32,000 nucleotides of DNA from Candidatus Saccharimonadota bacterium (GTDB taxonomy: Bacteria; Patescibacteriota; Saccharimonadia; Saccharimonadales; Saccharimonadaceae). Positions 23,572-30,127 of this stretch are shown piece after piece. The notes under the pieces were generated by a model. That model was not told where the DNA came from. It saw only the letters and a program-made list of their open reading frames with translations, and made no database searches. The DNA is taken from positions 150,001 to 182,000 of the forward strand of contig CP060232.1 in assembly GCA_023898645.1 (NCBI GenBank), written 5' to 3'. A program made the position numbers and the translations under genes. Position 1 is the first letter of the stretch; every line of letters begins with the position of its first letter.

Positions 23572-25194
23572 ATGGGTAGGGTTAGAAGCGCTGTAGCCCG
23601 AGCAAACCGCAGGTTATCTGTGCAGCTAGCTGCTAGTTTGCTCGCGGGCTCGACGCTTCTTTCCTTGTTGTTTGGTTTCTTCCGGATGCGTCTACTCAAC
23701 GCCGCATACTACGATACGTATCCGACTGGGTACGACGCATATTTGGCGGCGTTTACTGTACCAGACTTTATGTTTTTTATTCTGGTATCGGGCGCGTTGA
23801 GTGTGAGCTTTATACCCGTCTTTAATCAGCGACTTGCGACGGGTAACAAGAAGTCGGCGTGGGAGCTCTCGACTAGCATGATTAATTTTATGGCGTTGAT
23901 AACACTCATTGCTAGTATTTTGATTATTATTTTTGCAGAGCCATTGGTGCGGTATGTGATTGCGCCTGGATTGAGCGAGTCAGGCATAGCGCTTGCGACA
24001 AGCATGATGCGGGTGATTGCCGTGAATCCTTTCTTGTTTGCGATAGCGACAGTTATCGCGAGTGTTCAGCAGGCGGTTGGTCGGTTTACGTTTTTTGCAC
24101 TTGCACCAATCTTGTACAACGTAGGCATAATAATCGGCATCACAGTATTTACGGGCGGTATCAATATATTCGGCGTACAGGTGTTTGACGGCGGAATTAT
24201 GGGCGTTGCGCTCGGTGTGGCACTTGGCTCAGTATTGCAGTTACTCGTGAGTACTATTGGACTCATCGGACTTGGATTTGATTACAAGTTTAAAATTTAT
24301 TGGAAAAACAAAGGTTTTCGACAAGTGCTTCGTTTGTTGCCGCCACGGTCAATTGACCAGGGTATGGATTATATCGTTGGTATCGTGGAGACGAACCTGG
24401 CGTCGCGTTTAGCTGCCGGAACACTAGCGGCGTATAACCAAGCAACCGTGCTCCATATGGCGCCGATTAATCTCATCGGTGTGGCCATCAGCACGGCGGC
24501 GTTTCCAAAGATGACAGAGCGAATTGGCCAGGGGCGACCTGATTTGTTTCGCAAGGAACTACAAAACATCATTCGCATTATCGTGTGGATCGCCATGCCT
24601 GTGGCTGCGGTAACGTACTTTACTCGTGGATATTTGGTGAACTTTATCAAAAACGGTGGTGACGTATTGATGGCTGGGCTGCTTGGTTCGCTTGTTATCG
24701 CGATATTGTTTCGCTCGGTATACTTTATATGCGCCAAGAGTTTTTATGCGCAGCAAGACACCAAGACGCCTCTTTATATTTCGCTATTTGCGATTGCGCT
24801 CAATATTGCATTAGCCGTGTGGTTTACTATGGGCTTAGACATGGGAGCGTATGGTCTTGGCTACGCACAATCAATCGTGGCGGTGTTTGAAGTGATAGTG
24901 CTCTTTACGGTCATGAACCGACGTATCAAAAATTTGATTGATGCATCGGTTATTCATGCTTTTTGGCGCATGGCTATAGCCACTGCGGTGACGTCGATTA
25001 TCTGCTATGCAATGGTGCAATTGTTTCAGCTACAAAATGCAGACAATAGCTTTGTCGCTACTTTTCCAAAGTTTGTACTTATTTCGATGGCAAGTGGCTC
25101 GGCATATCTGGCCGCAAGCCGTTTATTGAATCTTAGTGAAGCAGATCCGATCATTCAGCGCTTAGAGCAATTATTTTTTGCACGCGCTCGCTAA
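23572..25194 (+). CDS. murJ: lipid II flippase MurJ (MOP/MVF family)
   Basis: 540 aa with about 14 TM segments. The N-terminal block LLSLLFGFFRMRLLNAAYYDTYPTGYDAYLAAFTVPDFMFFILVSGALSVSFIPVF matches the conserved MurJ start (R-x-x-x-x-A-x-x-G......D-A-[FY]-x-x-A-F-x-[IL]-P). Confidence 0.85.
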   Translation: MGRVRSAVARANRRLSVQLAASLLAGSTLLSLLFGFFRMRLLNAAYYDTYPTGYDAYLAAFTVPDFMFFILVSGALSVSFIPVFNQRLATGNKKSAWELSTSMINFMALITLIASILIIIFAEPLVRYVIAPGLSESGIALATSMMRVIAVNPFLFAIATVIASVQQAVGRFTFFALAPILYNVGIIIGITVFTGGINIFGVQVFDGGIMGVALGVALGSVLQLLVSTIGLIGLGFDYKFKIYWKNKGFRQVLRLLPPRSIDQGMDYIVGIVETNLASRLAAGTLAAYNQATVLHMAPINLIGVAISTAAFPKMTERIGQGRPDLFRKELQNIIRIIVWIAMPVAAVTYFTRGYLVNFIKNGGDVLMAGLLGSLVIAILFRSVYFICAKSFYAQQDTKTPLYISLFAIALNIALAVWFTMGLDMGAYGLGYAQSIVAVFEVIVLFTVMNRRIKNLIDASVIHAFWRMAIATAVTSIICYAMVQLFQLQNADNSFVATFPKFVLISMASGSAYLAASRLLNLSEADPIIQRLEQLFFARAR

Positions 25195-25259
25195 TTATCC
25201 TTGAGCTTTTTCTTGGTGTTGTGCTACTATAAGCACAAGTAATAAAGGGGAATGCAGCA

Positions 25260-25454
25260 ATGTTTTCTGTAAAAGAGCAAATCAACGCCATTTTGCACAA
25301 GGAAATGGATCGTAAAGAATTTCTGACGCACATTGCGATTGGTTTGGTGGCGCTCATCGGTCTCGGTTCGATATTAAGAGTTCTTGCGTCTCATCGTCCG
25401 GGCGGCGAAGCGTTTAATTCGGAAACATTTGGTGGTACGCAGGACGGCAAGTAG
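25260..25454 (+). CDS. small single-TM protein (64 aa), hypothetical
   Basis: The RBS aagggga precedes the ATG. There is one hydrophobic helix (FLTHIAIGLVALIGLGSILRVL). A strong terminator follows. Confidence 0.5.
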   Translation: MFSVKEQINAILHKEMDRKEFLTHIAIGLVALIGLGSILRVLASHRPGGEAFNSETFGGTQDGK

Positions 25455-25475
25455 CTTTGCGTAAAAATTATACAA

Positions 25476-25508
25476 ATAGGCGCGATCAATACGCGCCTAT
25501 TTCTTCAT
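25476..25508 (+). terminator. rho-independent terminator
   Basis: ataggcgcg-atcaata-cgcgcctat forms a 9-bp GC-rich stem (25476-25500) and is followed by ttcttcattt. Confidence 0.75.
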
Positions 25509-25537
25509 TTGCCCCTCTCCCATATTTCCCGTATACT
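25509..25537 (+). promoter_or_regulatory. sigma70-like promoter of fibre gene D (TTGCCC-17 nt-TATACT), conserved upstream of gene E
   Basis: The -35 is ttgccc at 25509-25514 and the -10 is tatact at 25532-25537, separated by a 17-nt spacer. The block ttcatTTGnnC...ttcccgTATACTnaacctnntaaacnataagcact is shared with 29190-29250. Confidence 0.5.
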
Positions 25538-25590
25538 TAACCTCATAAACAATAAGCACTATGCGAGGGGGAGTATAGGCTAAACAAACT

Positions 25591-28470
25591 ATGGCACGTC
25601 TTCCAACTCCTGGAGGAGATAGTGGTAATTGGGGAACAATACTCAACACCTTTCTCTCTCAGGTTCACGCCTCTGACGGCACACTCAAAACCGACAGTGT
25701 CACCAGCGACGCCATTGCTCCGAATGCCGTAACTTCCAGTGCTCTTGCTCCCAACGCAGTCGATGCCATCACTATAGCTGATGGCTCTATCACCGAAACA
25801 CTCCTCGATACTGCAGTTCAAACCAAACTCAATGCGACTGCTCCAGTCACATCCGTAGCATCCAAGACTGGTGATGTCTCCCTCACCAAGACCGACGTTG
25901 GTCTTGATCAGGTCGACAACACCAGTGATGCGACGAAGAATAGTGCGACGGCGACGCTGACGAATAAGACGTTGACAGGGCCGACGATTGATAGTCCTTC
26001 TCTGATAGGAAATATCACGGGTGCCGCTTCAATTGGCGTGGTCGCCGGCTCTGTATCAGGGCTTTATCTATCTGCTACGACTGGCGTGGGGACACTAGGA
26101 GCTGTACGAGTGCTGTCGTCTACAGGCGCAAATGGCCTAGCCCAGTTGGGTGTAAACGGTAACCAAACAGCTTCTAGTGGTACGCAATTCGGTATCGCTA
26201 TCACTTCAAACATAAACCAGTCGTCGACTGCTGGCTATACAGCTCTCCTTGTGAACCCAACTGAAACAGCAACTGGTTCCGGAACCAAAAGGCTGATCGA
26301 CGCTCAGGTAGGAGGCACATCCAAGTTTGTAGTGGACAACGCCGGGAATGTGACACTAGGAAGCACGACAATCGCCGCTGGCCCCACCCCACTGAACGTT
26401 AGTTTAGGGGGTTCTTACGGCAATAGCACTGCGGGCAGTAGCAATAACATGAAGCTGGCGCTATACAATGATAGCAGCGTCAAACTTGGATTTGGCGTTT
26501 CGCTAAATACACTTGAATATCAAGTCAATTCGCTTTCCTCACACAAGTTCTACGTCGGCGGTACTGAGCGTTTAGCTATCTCGTCTTCTAGCATGACCGT
26601 GGGTGGTGTACCTGTAGTCACAACATCAGACACTCAGACGTTAACGAATAAGACGCTGACAAGCCCGACATTTACTGGAACAATCACCGGGGTGGCAGAC
26701 GCGACTACTACTGGGTCTGGCAAGGTTGTTACCGGCGGTGTGTTAAGTACCCAGCCAGATGCCAACTCTACATCCATGCTGGCAATTCCAGGATTGTACA
26801 ATGACCTTTCATATTGTCTGATGCGTGCTGGTGCTTCCATGACCATTACCAAAAATGGCGGTGCGACGGTAGCGGGAGTCGATTACCTTTATCCCGATGC
26901 CATGTTTGCACCACAGGGCATGACGTATCTCAATGGTTTGGTAAACGGTGACGTGTTTGTCATAGAGGTTACCGCTCCGAGCGGCTTGACCATGGACTAT
27001 GTCAATACATACGGGATTTCATGCTCTAACAGCTTCCGCGCAAGCAACGTGACCATCGAGGTGTATTTCAATGGAGCGTGGACTTCCATCCATTCGGTGA
27101 CTAATCAGACTGCTGGAGATGTATGGAAGTTCTATTCTAGCGGTGCATACTCAGTGACCAAGATTCGGTACACACTGACTAACTTCCCTTATAATCAGTG
27201 CCGCATTTTCTCCTTGTACGCAATAACCGGCACAACTGCGTTGGCGTCGGGTCCATTGCTACCACGGACCGGTGGTGCCTTGTATGGCACTAATGCTGCG
27301 CCACCAACACTGACAGCTACCGGTGCCGATGCTAGCATCAATCTCAATCTTGTCCCGAAAGGATCAGGAACTGTCCAAGCAAATGGTGTCGAGGTCGCGA
27401 CTATTTCTGGCACGCAAACACTCACAAATAAGACATTGACAAGCCCGACGCTGACTACGCCGAGGACGGCCTCTATCATGGACACGAACGGCAATTGGGC
27501 ATTCATGATAAATGCCACCACCAACGCTATCAATTATTTGCAGGTCATCAACAGTGCGACTGGAAGCGCTGTTCGCATAAATGCAGCAGGTAGCGACACG
27601 AACATTAGCATGAATTTGGTACCTAAGGGCACTGGAGTGATTCAGGCTAATGGCGCTGAGGTGGCGACCACCACCGGCACACAGACACTGTCGAACAAGA
27701 CCTTGGTGAGTCCTACGATTACTGGCACCCCCACTGGAGTTGCCAGGCAAGCTCAGGTCGATGTATTCACACCTCTGGGCGCGAACTATGTCACCGATAA
27801 ACAGGTGTCCTCAAACGTAGTAACTCTTACTACACTCACAGCACACGGCTATCAGGTTGGCGACAAGGTTTGGATCAACGGCATTGATTCCGCGATCGAA
27901 TTAAACCTAGTTACCTCGGTGACTATCACTTCGATTCCGACAGCCACTACATTTACTTTTGCTAGAAGTGTCGCTGACATAGCCCCTGCAACCGTGCGGC
28001 CCTACGGAAACGTGTTTCAACTTCAGACATGGACGAAACCGTCCGGTGCTGTTTCGGTGAAGTTCACATTATGCGGTCCAGGTGGCGGTGGTGGATCTGG
28101 TGCGAGGCGAGCTACCACGTCAAACCGTACCGGCGGTGGCGGTGGCGGTGGCGGGGGTTGGCAAGAAGTTACTGTTCCTGCGTCGGACGTGCCCGACACT
28201 GCGATGTTCGTTAGCGTCCCCGCCGGGGCTTACGGCGGTCTGCCCGTCACTACGGATGACACGGACGGAATGGTCGGCGGGAGAAGCTATCACTCGACTC
28301 GCGTCAGCAACCTTGAAATTTCGTATCTGTCCACGCTTAACTTTAACGCCAATCCGGGTTACGGCGGGCTGGGTGGCAGCACCGGAACAACCGTCGCTGG
28401 AGGCGGAGGCGCCGTCAATACTCAGTTTGCGGTGCCGGTGGAGCGGGCAACACTAGCAACGGGAGCATAG
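25591..28470 (+). CDS. giant tail-fibre-like protein D, main reading frame (shared N-module, fibre repeats, start of glycine-rich domain); interrupted near its 3' end
   Basis: The N-terminus is MARLPTPGGDSGNWGTILNTFLSQVHASDGTLKTD. It contains VGLDQVDNTSDATKNSATATLTNKTL (a phage-fibre-type motif) and a recurring TQTL[TS]NKTL[TV]SPT motif, including an 89-aa-period duplicate (27337-27450 and 27604-27717). The glycine-rich domain starts at FTLCGPGGGGGSG...GGGGGGGGGWQEVTV. The frame ends at TAG 28468-28470, in the middle of that domain. Confidence 0.85.
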   Translation: MARLPTPGGDSGNWGTILNTFLSQVHASDGTLKTDSVTSDAIAPNAVTSSALAPNAVDAITIADGSITETLLDTAVQTKLNATAPVTSVASKTGDVSLTKTDVGLDQVDNTSDATKNSATATLTNKTLTGPTIDSPSLIGNITGAASIGVVAGSVSGLYLSATTGVGTLGAVRVLSSTGANGLAQLGVNGNQTASSGTQFGIAITSNINQSSTAGYTALLVNPTETATGSGTKRLIDAQVGGTSKFVVDNAGNVTLGSTTIAAGPTPLNVSLGGSYGNSTAGSSNNMKLALYNDSSVKLGFGVSLNTLEYQVNSLSSHKFYVGGTERLAISSSSMTVGGVPVVTTSDTQTLTNKTLTSPTFTGTITGVADATTTGSGKVVTGGVLSTQPDANSTSMLAIPGLYNDLSYCLMRAGASMTITKNGGATVAGVDYLYPDAMFAPQGMTYLNGLVNGDVFVIEVTAPSGLTMDYVNTYGISCSNSFRASNVTIEVYFNGAWTSIHSVTNQTAGDVWKFYSSGAYSVTKIRYTLTNFPYNQCRIFSLYAITGTTALASGPLLPRTGGALYGTNAAPPTLTATGADASINLNLVPKGSGTVQANGVEVATISGTQTLTNKTLTSPTLTTPRTASIMDTNGNWAFMINATTNAINYLQVINSATGSAVRINAAGSDTNISMNLVPKGTGVIQANGAEVATTTGTQTLSNKTLVSPTITGTPTGVARQAQVDVFTPLGANYVTDKQVSSNVVTLTTLTAHGYQVGDKVWINGIDSAIELNLVTSVTITSIPTATTFTFARSVADIAPATVRPYGNVFQLQTWTKPSGAVSVKFTLCGPGGGGGSGARRATTSNRTGGGGGGGGGWQEVTVPASDVPDTAMFVSVPAGAYGGLPVTTDDTDGMVGGRSYHSTRVSNLEISYLSTLNFNANPGYGGLGGSTGTTVAGGGGAVNTQFAVPVERATLATGA

Positions 28471-28850
28471 GCGCGAACGCGACCTACGTCGGTGGTGGCG
28501 GTGGTGGTGGCGGCGGAGCGGCGGCGAGCTCTACGTCATCGGCGGCTGGAGGCGGCGCAGCGTCAATCTTCGCTGTACGCAGCCTTTCTGGTACCTTCGT
28601 CTCTCCAGGAAACGGCACCTTGACAATGGACGCCACTACCAACACTTCCTACTACCCGGTCATACCTGGACTGCCGGGGATTGGTGGTGGCGGCGGAGCG
28701 TACAAGACCGCGACCAATGGCGGCAACGGAGGTGACGCAACCAACTACAACGCTGGCGGCGGTGGTGGCGGGGCGTCTGACAACGGCTACCAGAGCGGTG
28801 CGGGCGGCAAAGGCGCAGACGGTTGCGTAGTCATTACTACCTATTTTTAA
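28431..28850 (+). pseudogene. C-terminal continuation of fibre gene D in the -1 frame (rest of the glycine-rich domain)
   Basis: The frame with codons starting at positions divisible by 3 is open from 28347 to TAA 28848-28850. It has no ATG or GTG start before TTG 28620. From about 28431 it reads GAGGAGNTSNGSIGANATYVGGGGGGGGGAAASS...GIGGGGGAYKTATNGGNGGDATNYNAGGGGGGASDNGYQSGAGGKGADGCVVITTYF. This continues the Gly-rich domain and ends with the typical G-x-x-G-x-V-[VI]-I-x-x-[YF] terminus. One missing base, or a -1 shift, near 28418-28432 would fuse it to 25591..28470. Confidence 0.7.
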
Positions 28851-28984
28851 AGACAAGCTCATAAGCAAACTTTTTAATGTAAAAACTACGCTTTTTGACG
28901 TTTTAAGTGATTGACACAGTCTTTATTACTTCATATACTATAGCCAACCGTGGGCGCCAATATATAACTGAAAAAGGAGGAAAT

Positions 28985-29140
28985 ATGGATATTTCAAGTA
29001 TTACTGACGCTAAAGAACTAAAAGCACTTGCATACGACACACTACAGGCAGTTGAAGTACAGCAAAACAATCTACGCCTTATTCAGCAGCGTATCGCTGA
29101 AATCGAGCAGCAGGCACAAGAGACAGAAAAGAAGAAGTAG
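28985..29140 (+). CDS. small coiled-coil protein (51 aa) between fibre genes D and E
   Basis: A strong RBS aaggagg lies 5 nt before ATG 28985; the track ORF 28907..29140 is an upstream extension. The product is MDISSITDAKELKALAYDTLQAVEVQQNNLRLIQQRIAEIEQQAQETEKKK, which is heptad-like and charged. A terminator follows. Confidence 0.6.
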   Translation: MDISSITDAKELKALAYDTLQAVEVQQNNLRLIQQRIAEIEQQAQETEKKK

Positions 29141-29158
29141 TCACAATTGATATCGAAT

Positions 29159-29197
29159 AGACGCGTATAGTCAGCGATTATACGCGTCTTTCATTTG
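29159..29197 (+). terminator. rho-independent terminator
   Basis: agacgcgtata-gtcagcgat-tatacgcgtct forms an 11-bp stem (29159-29189) and is followed by ttcatttg. It is positionally equivalent to the terminator at 25476. Confidence 0.75.
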
Positions 29198-29223
29198 AAC
29201 TCACCTCAATCTTCCCGTATACT
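29195..29223 (+). promoter_or_regulatory. sigma70-like promoter of fibre gene E (TTGAAC-17 nt-TATACT)
   Basis: The -35 is ttgaac at 29195-29200 and the -10 is tatact at 29218-29223, separated by a 17-nt spacer. It is homologous to the block upstream of gene D. Confidence 0.5.
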
Positions 29224-29284
29224 AAACCTGTAAACTATAAGCACTTTACAAGTGAGGGTACTAATAGGAGCAATATAGAAATTT

Positions 29285-30127
29285 ATGGCACGTCTTCCAA
29301 CTCCTGGAGGAGACAGTGGCAATTGGGGATCAATCCTCAACGACTATCTTTCTCAGGTCCACGCCCCTGACGGCACACTCAAAACAGACAGTGTCACCAG
29401 CGACGCCATTGCTCCTAATGCCATTGATTCTATAGCCATCGCCGATGGCTCTATCACCGAAACGTTGCTTGATACGGCGGTTCAAACCAAACTTAATACC
29501 GTCGCACCCGTCACTAGCGTTGCCGCTAAGACCGGTGACGTCACGCTCATCAAGTCCGACGTCGGTCTAGATCAAGTCGACAACACAAGTGACGCCACTA
29601 AAAACAGCGCTACGGCAACCTTGCAGAACAAGACTCTCGATAACAGTAATAGTCTTACGCTCAAAGACGCTAATCTTACCATTCAAGACGACAGCGATAC
29701 TTCAAAGCAAGCAAAGCTTCAGCTCTCCGGTATTACCACGGGCACAACGCGCACGTATACACTCCCTGACGCCTCAGGTACGGTGGCGCTGACGAGCCTC
29801 ATCCCTCCTATTCGTTTTTCTGCTCCGACTGCAGTCGTAGGCGTCACGCCGACTGACTATGCGTATGGTCCACGGACGCTAACTGGCGCACATATGCGCG
29901 TGGCGAGCGCTCCGGTCGGGTCTGATCTTGTCGCCGAGGTTCAACATTGGGATGGTTACTCTTGGTCGACACTATGCACACTCACCGTATCTGATGGGTC
30001 GGTCACAGAAGCTACCTCCAGCCTTTCTCAGCAGCAGTCAGCCGGGAACATGGTACGCCTTAATGTGACATCGGTCGGGGGCAATTCCGCTGCAACTGGA
30101 GTTGCCGTAGACGTAGAGGTAGATTAA
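29285..30127 (+). CDS. short tail-fibre-like protein E (shared N-module + small beta-rich C-terminal domain)
   Basis: The N-terminus is MARLPTPGGDSGNWGSILNDYLSQVHAPDGTLKTD. The first ~115 aa are near-identical to gene D apart from an 8-aa indel. It contains VGLDQVDNTSDATKNSATATLQNKTL and TRTYTLPDASGTVAL (a phage-fibre-type motif). Its stop TAA (30125-30127) overlaps the next ATG (TAATG). Confidence 0.85.
   Translation: MARLPTPGGDSGNWGSILNDYLSQVHAPDGTLKTDSVTSDAIAPNAIDSIAIADGSITETLLDTAVQTKLNTVAPVTSVAAKTGDVTLIKSDVGLDQVDNTSDATKNSATATLQNKTLDNSNSLTLKDANLTIQDDSDTSKQAKLQLSGITTGTTRTYTLPDASGTVALTSLIPPIRFSAPTAVVGVTPTDYAYGPRTLTGAHMRVASAPVGSDLVAEVQHWDGYSWSTLCTLTVSDGSVTEATSSLSQQQSAGNMVRLNVTSVGGNSAATGVAVDVEVD

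Noticed and set aside
28410-28440. Classical programmed -1 ribosomal frameshift in fibre gene D
   Set aside because: There is no X-XXY-YYZ slippery heptamer at the junction (act cag ttt gcg gtg), and I could see no obvious downstream pseudoknot. An indel, real or from assembly, is the simpler explanation. It is kept as an open alternative in the findings.
28082-28868. Alternative-frame ORFs 28029..28214, 28082..28456 (plus strand) and 28563..28868 (minus strand) in the GGY-rich region
   Set aside because: These are frame shadows of GC- and Gly-codon-rich sequence (products rich in Arg/Trp/Ala/Val). The Gly-rich reading frames give a coherent domain.
25591-30127. A diversity-generating retroelement or CRISPR array associated with the variable fibre genes
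   Set aside because: No ORF carries reverse-transcriptase motifs. I saw no template/variable repeat pair with adenine-specific differences. No regularly spaced short direct repeats occur anywhere in the window.
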